12,179 nucleotides of DNA, taken from contig JBHIAT010000113.1 in the NCBI GenBank assembly GCA_046758705.1, forward strand, positions 1 through 12,179. The letters are read 5' to 3'. The translations under genes and the position numbers were made by a program. Positions within the stretch are counted from its first letter, which is position 1. Each line of letters starts with the position of its first letter. The notes below the pieces were generated by a model. The model searched no databases and was not told the origin of the DNA. It saw nothing but the letters and a program-made list of their open reading frames with translations. The DNA comes from Candidatus Bipolaricaulia bacterium. GTDB lineage: Bacteria; Bipolaricaulota; Bipolaricaulia; JBHIAT01. This document shows positions 1 to 7,646 of this stretch, one piece after another.

Positions 1-2065
1 TTACACCGTAGCGCACCTTGCCGACCTCGAGCTTGTGCCACTTGTTGGTATACAGCCGCGAGAGCAACTCCGGTACGTCCCTGCCGTAGAGGCGGACCTT
101 GCCCAGCGTGCTCACGTCGATCATGCCGACGTTCTGACGCACGTTCAGCACTTCGCGCTCGGGTGTGTGATTGTGGTAGTGCTCGGGGCGTTTCCACTGT
201 CCGGCGTTGAGCCAAGTGCAGCCGTAGCGCTCGTGCCAGTGATGCAACGACGTGCGGCGCACCGGTTCCATCAAGCGGCCCGCCAGCGTCCCGATCTTGA
301 CCGGGAAAAGTGGCGGACGGGAGGTGGTCGTTCCCATTTGCTCGACCGTCCATCCCTGGGCGTCGGCGGTGAGCAGCCCGGTGTTTATTGAGCTGTAACG
401 GCCCTGATCGGGTCCCATGGAGATCGTGGTGTAACGCTTGAGCAGTTCAATGCTGTCGTAGCCTTCGGCCAGCGCATCGTAGACGTCCTTCTCGGTCACG
501 TCCTCAGCGAAGTCGACAAAGCGAAAGTTCCCAGAGCTTGGGATCGAATAATGTAGTGTGGTGGAGGGCTTCGCATTGGATTTAAGCGATTGAAGTTGAG
601 CGACGTCGGCCTCACCGGCCCCGTGCCCGAAACCAGCATCCGCTGCCGCGTTCACGCCGGCAACGCGGCCTTCAAGCAACGCGGTTCCCAAGTCGTGTGA
701 GCCAAACACGCGCCCGGCGGCGTGGACACCCTTGGCCAGTTCGACAGGAAAGATCTCGCGCATCTGTTGACTCCAGGCCAGCTTGGAGTGGCTTTGGTAA
801 AGCAGGTCCGCGTTGGGTGTGTAACCCACCGACAGGACAATGGTGTCACAATCGATATGCACGGGGTTGACCGCTGATGAAGGAGGGTTGTCATCCGGAT
901 TCAGCGGCAACAGACTGGCTCCGGTGACGTGGCGTTTGCCGTGCGCTGCGCCGATCGTGTGTCGCCAGCGGATGGGAATGCTTGTAGACTGTGCATCGTT
1001 TGCCACGTCGCTCTCGTCCTCGGCACGCTCGTCGGCGACCGTCACGGCGATGCCTGCCTCGTGCAGGTCAAGCGCCAGACGTAGCCCGTCATCGTTGGCG
1101 GAGACGACCAGCACCTGCTCACCCGGACGGATGGCGTAGAGATTGAGCAGGCGTGCGGCCGCGCTTCCGGTCAGGATCCCCGGCAGATCGTTGTTGGTAA
1201 AGATCAGGGTGCGGTCCAACGCGCCCGTGGTCACCACGGTGGCACTGCCGCGGATTTTGTACAGACGATCGTCTGTGAACGCAGGCACCCAGTGATCATC
1301 GTAATAGCCCATTGCCACGGCACCTTGCAGCACCTCGATGCCCTCGTGTGCCTCGACTTGCCCGACGAGTTGCTCTGCGATGGTCGCATACGATCGGCCT
1401 TCCAGTTCGCCGCGCCGGTAGCGCAGCTGGCCGCCGAGGAAAGGATCCTGTTCGATGAGAAGCACCCGCGCACCTGCCTCCGCTGCGGCAAGGGCGGCGC
1501 TCAAGCCCGCCGGTCCGCCGCCGGCGACGATCACATCCGCGTGTTTGTACTGTTTGTCGTAATAGCGCGCCGGCGAGTTCGGATCGACCTGGCCGAGCCC
1601 GGCCAAACGACGGAACAGTTTCTCATAAACCGGCCACAGTCGCTTGCTGTGGAAAGCTTTGTAGTAAAACCCCACCGGAAGAAACCGGTGAAACACGCCG
1701 TTCAGTGCCAGGATGTCGAAGTCCAAAGACGGGTTGACATTTTGCGGATGGATCTCCATACCCACAGCGATGCGCTGCCTGCCTGCGCGCACGTTCGGCT
1801 CGTCTCCGATGTTTACCAGGGCGTTTGGGTCGCTGCCGTCCATGGTGAAGTCCGCGCGTGGCCGGTGATACTTGAACGAGCGACTGAGGATGTGGACGCC
1901 ATTGGCCCACAGCGCCGATGAAATCGTGTCGCCCTCGTAGCCGGTATAGCGTCTGCCGTTAAAGGTGAAGCGGATGGGCACCTCCCGCTGGATGATCTCG
2001 GTCGGAGTCGGACGCGGGGTCAGCCGGTGCTTCGCCTCTACGCGGTGCCGGGTCGTCTCAGCCAT
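1..2065 (-). CDS. soxA: Sarcosine oxidase subunit alpha family protein (3' end outside the window)
   Basis: Absent from the ORF track, consistent with no in-window stop. I translated it by hand from the ATG at 2065, which overlaps the soxD stop (TAATG): MAETTRHRVEAKHRL...IRFTFNGRRYTGYEGDTISSALWANGVHILSRSFKYHRPRG. It has a Rossmann motif (VIVAGGGPAGLSAA), then KRYTTISMGPDQG, and the GcvT-like GMIDVSTLGKVRLYG...LYTNKW...GKVRYGV at the window edge in the same frame as the start. Confidence 0.93.
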   Translation of the reverse strand, partial: MAETTRHRVEAKHRLTPRPTPTEIIQREVPIRFTFNGRRYTGYEGDTISSALWANGVHILSRSFKYHRPRADFTMDGSDPNALVNIGDEPNVRAGRQRIAVGMEIHPQNVNPSLDFDILALNGVFHRFLPVGFYYKAFHSKRLWPVYEKLFRRLAGLGQVDPNSPARYYDKQYKHADVIVAGGGPAGLSAALAAAEAGARVLLIEQDPFLGGQLRYRRGELEGRSYATIAEQLVGQVEAHEGIEVLQGAVAMGYYDDHWVPAFTDDRLYKIRGSATVVTTGALDRTLIFTNNDLPGILTGSAAARLLNLYAIRPGEQVLVVSANDDGLRLALDLHEAGIAVTVADERAEDESDVANDAQSTSIPIRWRHTIGAAHGKRHVTGASLLPLNPDDNPPSSAVNPVHIDCDTIVLSVGYTPNADLLYQSHSKLAWSQQMREIFPVELAKGVHAAGRVFGSHDLGTALLEGRVAGVNAAADAGFGHGAGEADVAQLQSLKSNAKPSTTLHYSIPSSGNFRFVDFAEDVTEKDVYDALAEGYDSIELLKRYTTISMGPDQGRYSSINTGLLTADAQGWTVEQMGTTTSRPPLFPVKIGTLAGRLMEPVRRTSLHHWHERYGCTWLNAGQWKRPEHYHNHTPEREVLNVRQNVGMIDVSTLGKVRLYGRDVPELLSRLYTNKWHKLEVGKVRYGV

Positions 2066-2334
2066 TACGGCCGCTCCCTGTTTTCGTAGAAGTAGGTATT
2101 GAGAACCTCGTGGGTCCGGGTGTGACGCTTGACCAGAAACCACTCGCCACAGCCGGCACGATGGTACCACCATTCTTGGATCATACCCAATGGGTTGTCA
2201 TGCATATACAGATATTCAACCCACTCGATGTCCGAAAGCTGTTCGCCGGCCTGAGGGCGTGGGTTGACCTCTCCGCCGCAGTGGAACTCGTTGACGTTGC
2301 GCTTGCCGCAGTTAGGACAGTCGATTAAAAACAT
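2065..2334 (-). CDS. soxD: Sarcosine oxidase subunit delta
   Basis: 89 aa, with IDCPNCG.R...EF and EWWYH.AGC..WF...R.T.T motifs (Cys3His Zn ligands); lies between soxB and soxA. Confidence 0.93.
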   Translation of the reverse strand: MFLIDCPNCGKRNVNEFHCGGEVNPRPQAGEQLSDIEWVEYLYMHDNPLGMIQEWWYHRAGCGEWFLVKRHTRTHEVLNTYFYENRERP

Positions 2335-2346
2335 GCTATGCTCCGC

Positions 2347-3585
2347 CTAGTGACCCACCGAGGCCGCGCCCTTCTCGCCGACGAGTTTTCCTTCTGCAAA
2401 GCGCGACAGGCGAAATGGGGCGATCAAATCCGGAACCTTAGCCGTAGCGATCATTTTGGCGCAATATTTGCCCGCAACCGGGCCGGCTTTGAAGCCGTAC
2501 GTGCCCCAGCCGACGTCTACGGTAAAGCCCTTGACCAGGGTAAAACCGATGATCGGGCTGTAGTCTGGCGTCATATCGCATATGCCCGCCCACTGGCGCA
2601 GGATGCGCACATGGTGCAGCATCGGGAACAGTTCAAGGATATGACCGCATAGCTCTTCGAGGAAGTCGAGCGTGGAGTCCATCGAATAGGAGAGGTACGG
2701 ATCGATGCTCGCGCCCATCACCAGTTCACCCCGGTCGGACTGCGACATGTAAACATGCAGCGTACCCGACACGATGATCGAGTCGAGGAACGGCTTGAGC
2801 GGCTCGCTGACGCATGCCTGCAGCGGATGGGTCACAACCGGCAATCGGACCCCGGCCATATCGGTGATCGTCGTGCACCATCCAGCGGTCGCGTTATGGA
2901 CCTTGTTGGTCTTGATCAGGCCACGGTTCGTGTTTACGCCGACGACGCGTCCGCCCTCGACCAAAATGTCCTCGCAGGTCGTCTGCTGCAAGATGTCAAC
3001 GCCATGCCGATCTGCACCGCGCGCGTAGCCCCACACTACAGCGTCGTGACGGATGATACCACCGGGCGGGTGATACAGCGCTCCCAGAATCGGGTATCTC
3101 GGACGGTCGCTTGTATCTAGGTGTGGGACGATCTCTTTGATCTCTTTGGGGGTCAGCATACGAGAATCGATACCGCAGATCTGGTTGGTCTCGGTGCGCT
3201 GACGCATGATCCGAAGTGAGGCATCCGAGTGTGCTAGCGTGAGGTGACCGCGTTGCGAGAACATCAGGTTGAAGTCAAGCTCTTGTGAGAGGTCCTCGTA
3301 GAGCTTGACGCTCTCGTCGTAGAAGCGAGCACCCTCGGGCGTGAGGTAGTTGGAACGGATGATCGCGGTGTTGCGACCGCTGCCCCCACTGCCAATGTAG
3401 CCTTTCTCCAGCACGGCAACATCCGTGACGCCGTGATCTTTGGCCAAGTAGTACGCGCAGGCCAACCCGTGCACGCCCCCGCCGATGATCACCACGTCGT
3501 AGGAGTCGCGGGGCTCTGGCGTGCGCCACATGCGCGCAAGCTGCCGGTGGCTGTTTAAACCATATTTCAACAAGCGATAGGGCAT
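2347..3585 (-). CDS. soxB: Sarcosine oxidase subunit beta (FAD-dependent oxidoreductase)
   Basis: 412 aa, with YDVVIIGGGVHGLACAYYLAKDHG, GRNTAIIRSNY, GGIIRHDAVVWGYAR (the His matches the covalent-FMN His of SoxB) and GWGTYGFKA; GAGGAG RBS upstream. Confidence 0.95.
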   Translation of the reverse strand: MPYRLLKYGLNSHRQLARMWRTPEPRDSYDVVIIGGGVHGLACAYYLAKDHGVTDVAVLEKGYIGSGGSGRNTAIIRSNYLTPEGARFYDESVKLYEDLSQELDFNLMFSQRGHLTLAHSDASLRIMRQRTETNQICGIDSRMLTPKEIKEIVPHLDTSDRPRYPILGALYHPPGGIIRHDAVVWGYARGADRHGVDILQQTTCEDILVEGGRVVGVNTNRGLIKTNKVHNATAGWCTTITDMAGVRLPVVTHPLQACVSEPLKPFLDSIIVSGTLHVYMSQSDRGELVMGASIDPYLSYSMDSTLDFLEELCGHILELFPMLHHVRILRQWAGICDMTPDYSPIIGFTLVKGFTVDVGWGTYGFKAGPVAGKYCAKMIATAKVPDLIAPFRLSRFAEGKLVGEKGAASVGH

Positions 3586-3601
3586 CCCAGAACTCCTCTG
3601 A

Positions 3602-3631
3602 GGGGCTGAATACCGCGTTCAGCCCCCTACG
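3602..3631 (-). repeat. GTAG-footed palindrome (REP-like hairpin) in the soxB leader
   Basis: The minus strand reads GTAG-GGGGCTGAA-CGCGGTA-TTCAGCCCC: a perfect 9-bp stem (3602-3610 with 3618-3626) and 7-nt loop preceded by GTAG, the architecture of GTAG-type REPs. Only one copy is visible in the window. Confidence 0.5.
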
Positions 3632-3635
3632 AGGG

Positions 3636-3664
3636 TTGCAGAGTTGGTCAATGAAGTTTATAAT
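3636..3664 (+). promoter_or_regulatory. Putative sigma70-type promoter of the carbon-nitrogen hydrolase
   Basis: TTGCAG (3636-3641), 17-nt spacer, TATAAT (3659-3664). Confidence 0.5.
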
Positions 3665-3685
3665 GTTGGTTACCCTCTATGTCAA
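3657..3685 (-). promoter_or_regulatory. Putative sigma70-type promoter of the sox operon
   Basis: Minus strand TTGACA (3685-3680), 17-nt spacer, TATAAA (3662-3657). Confidence 0.55.
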
Positions 3686-3724
3686 GTGTGGGGGCAAAAG
3701 CTTACAGCGACGATTTCCCGATGC

Positions 3725-4498
3725 ATGATGAGCCAACCTCTGTTTATCCTCAATGTGCAGACCGACCCCGGGCAAGATCCGGAAGCCAATTTGGCCCAAG
3801 TCGAGGCGACGATTCAAGATGTCAAGGGCAACTATAGTCGGTTCGATTTGATCTGTCTGCCCGAGCATTTTTCGCTGGGGTTGCGTAAGCGATTGAGTCA
3901 GAAAACCGCGCGTTGGGTCACGCGCCGCTCGTTGGATTCTCTCGAACGTTGGGCACGCGACTGTAACAGTTACTTGGTCGGAGGGACGATTCCTGAGGTC
4001 CATGGCGATCGCTTATATGACACTGCGTTTTTGCTCGACCGCCAGGGTCAGGTGATCGGCCAATACCGCAAGATCCACCTTTATGCCGATTGGGGGGAAA
4101 CCGCGATCTTCACTCCAGGGGACGAGGCCGAGGTGGTCGACTTGGAGTTTACCAAGCTGGGGTTAGCCATCTGTCGTGACCTACGCTTCCCCGACCTGTT
4201 CCGGGAGTTGAGGGCTCAGGGGGCAGAGATTTTCTGTGTGCCCAGTATGTGGAATTATCCGTATGAGGGAGATTGGGAGATTTTGGGACGGTGTCGAGCC
4301 TTAGAAAACCAAGCGTATTGCATGCTGACTAACATCACCGGAATCCACATCAGCGAAAAATTCTTCGGGCGTTCGATGGTGGTCGATTTCCGTGGCAATG
4401 TGATCTCAATGATGGATGACCAACCGGGGTATCAAGTGGCCCAGATTGATTTGGCCGCTCTTAGGAAATGGCGCAAAACGTTTCGTATATTTGAGTAG
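3725..4498 (+). CDS. Carbon-nitrogen hydrolase (nitrilase superfamily amidohydrolase)
   Basis: Glu-Lys-Cys triad in DLICLPEHF, YRKIHL and AICRDLRFP, plus RALENQ.Y and G.SMVVD..G. The start is more likely ATG 3725 or 3728 than TTG 3644, which lies inside the predicted promoter. Confidence 0.9.
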   Translation: MMSQPLFILNVQTDPGQDPEANLAQVEATIQDVKGNYSRFDLICLPEHFSLGLRKRLSQKTARWVTRRSLDSLERWARDCNSYLVGGTIPEVHGDRLYDTAFLLDRQGQVIGQYRKIHLYADWGETAIFTPGDEAEVVDLEFTKLGLAICRDLRFPDLFRELRAQGAEIFCVPSMWNYPYEGDWEILGRCRALENQAYCMLTNITGIHISEKFFGRSMVVDFRGNVISMMDDQPGYQVAQIDLAALRKWRKTFRIFE

Positions 4499-4553
4499 AT
4501 CATATCTTCTAGCCGGGGCGAAGCTTGAAGACGGATCAGGAAAGATGGATATT

Positions 4554-5391
4554 TCAGCTATTGTCCGCCTCTTCTAATGCATATGCGATGGCCTGCTCCA
4601 AGGCATCGCTCGTCCCTCGGCCCACGCCGCCGCAAACGCGTCCTCGTCCAGCCCAGCGCGCACGGCAGCCACATCGCGGTCATAGTCGGCACATTCGGAA
4701 GGTGGCAGGGGAATGCCGATGGCTTCTCTCAGGGCCTCCGCCGCTCCAAACAGCCGTGCTGCCTGCTCGGGCTGCCTGTTTGCGCAGGCCACCGCTGCCA
4801 ATCCCTCCAAACCCCTGGCAATTCTCCGCTTGTTTCCCAGTTCCTGGGACAGGGTCAAGCTGTCCTTGAAGAATCTCACCGCTCGTTCATAGTCACCCTG
4901 ATGCCGTGCCAGACCACCTACATTATTGAGTGCCTTCACTCGTATAGACGCTGACGCACTGATGCCCCTTTCCAACGCCCCTTCCAGTCTCTCACGTCCC
5001 TCGCTCCAATGACCGCGCAGACCATTGTTAAAGCCATTCGTACCAACACAAAAGAGTCAGCCCCCCGTTTGAGATCCGGTTTCAGGACACGGCGCAATTC
5101 ACTGATCCGTTTGTACAGGTTCTGAGCCGCTTGATCGAGATCGAGGTCGGGGAACAGGGCATCGATGAGCTGATCTTGGGTGAACACGCGGCCGCGCTCG
5201 GTGAGCAGGATCTTGAGAAGCGTTTGGGTCTTGCGTTGGGGCCAGGCTTGGGAAGAAATAGGTTCATGACCTCGCCAGATCTCAAAGGGCCCAAAGAGTT
5301 TGACTTTGAGCCCAAGACCAAGATCATCGTCATCCACCTGAGCCGGTTCCATCGGAGGGCCTCCACGTGGGGGGCAAGCGCTTTCTCTCAC
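4554..5391 (-). pseudogene. Collapsed and frameshifted SARP/AfsR-type (wHTH ... TPR) transcriptional regulator remnant
   Basis: An N-terminal SARP-type wHTH (VKLFGPFEIWRG...PQRKTQTLLKILL...TQDQLIDALFPD...NLYKRISELRRVL) is joined near 5020-5040 to a C-terminal TPR part (RGHWSEGRERLE/ALERG...KALNNVGGLARHQGDYERA...AARLFGAAEALREAIG...FAAAWAEGRAM). Frameshifts lie near 4980 and near 4602. After the second, the family-typical LEQAIAYALEEADNS* continues in another frame to TGA at 4554-4556. Confidence 0.8.
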
Positions 5392-5471
5392 TCTTTATAC
5401 ACCCTGTGAACGCCTCCGTGCAAGCACAAGTGGTTGTGAATCAACTGAACCCAAAGTTCAAAGTCGACCGC

Positions 5472-5515
5472 TTGCGATTTATTATACTCTATAGTATAAT
5501 AACTGAAAGTATAAT
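5472..5515 (+). promoter_or_regulatory. Promoter with overlapping palindromic operator upstream of the ATPase gene
   Basis: TTGCGA (5472-5477), N17, TATAAT (5495-5500). A perfect inverted repeat ATTATACT-ctat-AGTATAAT spans 5481-5500, and a third AGTATAAT lies at 5508-5515. A GGAGG RBS precedes TTG 5527. Confidence 0.6.
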
Positions 5516-5526
5516 TTGGAGGGCTC

Positions 5527-6924
5527 TTGTTCATCGATCGAGAGGACGAACTGGCTGCGTTGAATCGATTGTGGCGGTCGAATCGCGCCGAGCTGTTCGT
5601 GCTTTACGGCCGCAGGCGAGTCGGAAAGACAGAGCTCCTCAAGCAGTTCTGCATCGATAAACGGAACATCTACTTCCTCGCCAGTCAGGTGAAGGAGATC
5701 GACAACCTGAGAGGGTTCACCGAAGCCGTCCGTCGAGTTGTCGATGATCCGACGCTGGAGCAGATGATTTTTCCCACGTGGGAGGTGGCGTTGACTTATC
5801 TCGGCCAGCAAGCGGCCCAGGAGCGTCTTGTCGTCGTACTCGATGAGTTCCAATACCTTTGTGAAGACAATCCTGCACTACCTTCGATCATCCAACAGTT
5901 CTGGGATCTTTACGGAGAAAAGAGCCGGTTATTCCTCATCCTATGTGGATCATACATCAGCTTCATGGAGCGTGAGATCCTGGCGGAACAAGCTCCGCTT
6001 TATGGACGGCGCACCGGACAGCAACGACTTCTGCCGCTGAACTTCCGTGCAGCAGCTCGATTTTTCCCCCATTACCCCCCCCAGGAAAAACTGCTCGCCT
6101 ACGGAATCCTGGGTGGGATGCCCGCTTACCTCAGCCGGTTCGACCCCAAAGCGACCGTTGAAGAGAACCTTCTCGAAGAGATGCTCCGGGTGCAGGGTTA
6201 CCTCTATGATGAGGTGAACTTCCTTCTGAGAATGGAACTCAAGGAGATCAAGACCTACACCAGCCTGCTCCAAGCGATTGCCGGGGGCTGCACCCGACTG
6301 AACGAGGTCGCTCAGCGGGTGGGCCTGGAAGCAACCGCCGCGAACAAGTACCTGTCCGTGTTACGTGACCTTCATCTGGTGAGACGGGAGGTGGCCGTGA
6401 CCGAACGGGCACCCCAACGGAGCAAAAAGGGACGCTACCGGATCGGGGACAACTATCTGAACTTTTGGTTTCGGTTCATCCTCCCGAACGTCAGCCTCAT
6501 CGAATCGGGCCGGTCTAAGTTGGTCTATGATCGTTTCATTCATCCCTATCTGAACGATTATATGGGTCCGGTCTTCGAGGAGATCTGTCGTGAGTATGTT
6601 CATCACTTCTGGGATGAGTGCCTTGAGACAGCGCCCCGACGGGTCGGAGCCCATTGGGCCCGAGACTTCGACATTGATGTCGTGACCGAGAATGTCGACG
6701 GTGGTCATCTCGTCGGTGAGTGCAAATGGACGAGTCGTCCGGTGGGCGAGCGGGTACTGGACAAGTTGATGGCCAATGCCCAGCAACTTCCGAGACGATT
6801 TCAACAGGATGTCCGTTACGTGATCTTTTCCCTAAGCGGGTTTACAGACAACTTTGTGAAACGGGCACAATCCGAGGAGGAACGGGTGTCCCTCATCGCC
6901 ATTGCTGAGATGGTCAAGGGATGA
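5527..6924 (+). CDS. Archaeal-type P-loop ATPase with wHTH and C-terminal DUF234 / PD-(D/E)XK nuclease-like domain
   Basis: 465 aa, with F.DRE.EL, Walker A YGRRRVGKT, Walker B VVVLDEFQYL, LILCGS, PLYGRRT and GGMPAYL. An HTH-like LNEVAQRVGLEATAANKYLSVLRDLHLV follows, then DUF234-type DNYLNFWFRFI...G.VFEEICRE and DIDVV...VGECKW. Confidence 0.88.
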   Translation: MFIDREDELAALNRLWRSNRAELFVLYGRRRVGKTELLKQFCIDKRNIYFLASQVKEIDNLRGFTEAVRRVVDDPTLEQMIFPTWEVALTYLGQQAAQERLVVVLDEFQYLCEDNPALPSIIQQFWDLYGEKSRLFLILCGSYISFMEREILAEQAPLYGRRTGQQRLLPLNFRAAARFFPHYPPQEKLLAYGILGGMPAYLSRFDPKATVEENLLEEMLRVQGYLYDEVNFLLRMELKEIKTYTSLLQAIAGGCTRLNEVAQRVGLEATAANKYLSVLRDLHLVRREVAVTERAPQRSKKGRYRIGDNYLNFWFRFILPNVSLIESGRSKLVYDRFIHPYLNDYMGPVFEEICREYVHHFWDECLETAPRRVGAHWARDFDIDVVTENVDGGHLVGECKWTSRPVGERVLDKLMANAQQLPRRFQQDVRYVIFSLSGFTDNFVKRAQSEEERVSLIAIAEMVKG

Positions 6925-6944
6925 GGATCAGACCTGATCTCTCA
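6424..6944 (+). repeat. Direct repeat copy 1 (521 bp; 3' end of the ATPase gene plus 20 bp)
   Basis: Ungapped match to 9710-10230 at offset 3286. Identical over 6431-6852 by manual comparison; about 12 mismatches in total, all but one in the last ~92 bp. Confidence 0.97.
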
Positions 6945-7086
6945 CTCCAAGAGTTCCGATGCCCGCTCGAAGTCGTGCTGACGGCATGTCAGTCAGCCCG
7001 CTTCATTGAGCGCCTCCGCCCGCACAGATGCCGGTAAATCGCCTCTTGCAAGTGCCCATTCTAGTCACTTACGTCCCTCGCATAGA
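6942..7086 (-). pseudogene. Degenerate fragment of a second SARP/TPR-type regulator
   Basis: Manual translation gives LCEGRK*LEWALARGDLPASVRAEALNEAG*LTCRQHDFERASELLE*. This aligns to SEGRERLE/ALERGISASASIRVKALNNVGGLARHQGDYERAVRFFK in the 4554-5391 remnant. Confidence 0.7.
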
Positions 7087-7100
7087 ATGAACAAGGTAGT

Positions 7101-7123
7101 GGACAGAGAATCCGGTCCTGTCC
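7101..7123 (-). terminator. Possible hairpin/terminator after the nucleotidyltransferase gene
   Basis: GGACAG...CTGTCC inverted repeat 2 nt after the TAA at 7126-7128; no clear U-tract. Confidence 0.25.
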
Positions 7124-7646
7124 TGTTAAGGAGGATGAACGAGTTCTTCCCTGACCTCTAGGAATACCTTTTTTGCTCGTTCAGTGACCCTCTCATAAGC
7201 GCGGTCCGACAGTCTGAAAACACCTTTGATGGAATCCTTATATCTCTCATCTTCTAAAGTCTCCAGAAAGCCATCAATATTCTGTATGATGATCTGTTCC
7301 GGACAGCGCCTCAGATGACTTACTACTTTCTCAACATCAACTTCTCCATTACAAAGAGCGGTAATATCTCTTTTGTCGGCCAGCCTCATGGAATTGGCTT
7401 TAAGGGCAATCAACATTTCTCTGTTAGCCACCCGCGCCTCAACTTTTAGATTGACCGAGAAACCGATGATCTCTCTCAGCTCTGAATTCTTGAATAGATA
7501 CTCAAAGGAGTAGGAACTCCCTGTCTGTCTTGAAATCACTGAATTGACCAGCAGATCAACGCTAGCTTTCACATGATCCGTTTCAAGCCTTCTGAATCTT
7601 CCATCATATATGTCTTTGACAGGTTTTATCTTCTCTTCTGCAGGTT

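Noticed and set aside
35-3529. Numerous plus-strand and alternate-frame ORFs (e.g. 35-391, 1292-1921, 2755-3120)
   Set aside because: They are shadows of the GC-rich soxBDA genes and carry no recognisable motifs.
6942-7086. Alternative genetic code (TGA read as Trp or Gly) suggested by TGA codons in the TPR fragment
   Set aside because: Intact genes here end at TGA at the expected positions (ATPase 6922-6924, permease 11028-11030 in an ATGA overlap) and encode Trp as TGG. Decay is the simpler explanation.
7095-7129. GGTAGT...GTTAA at the left edge of the AT-rich cassette resembling a second IS1-type end
   Set aside because: Only the outer 6 bp match the IS IR, the spacing to GTTAA differs, and I found no partner end or target duplication near 9700.
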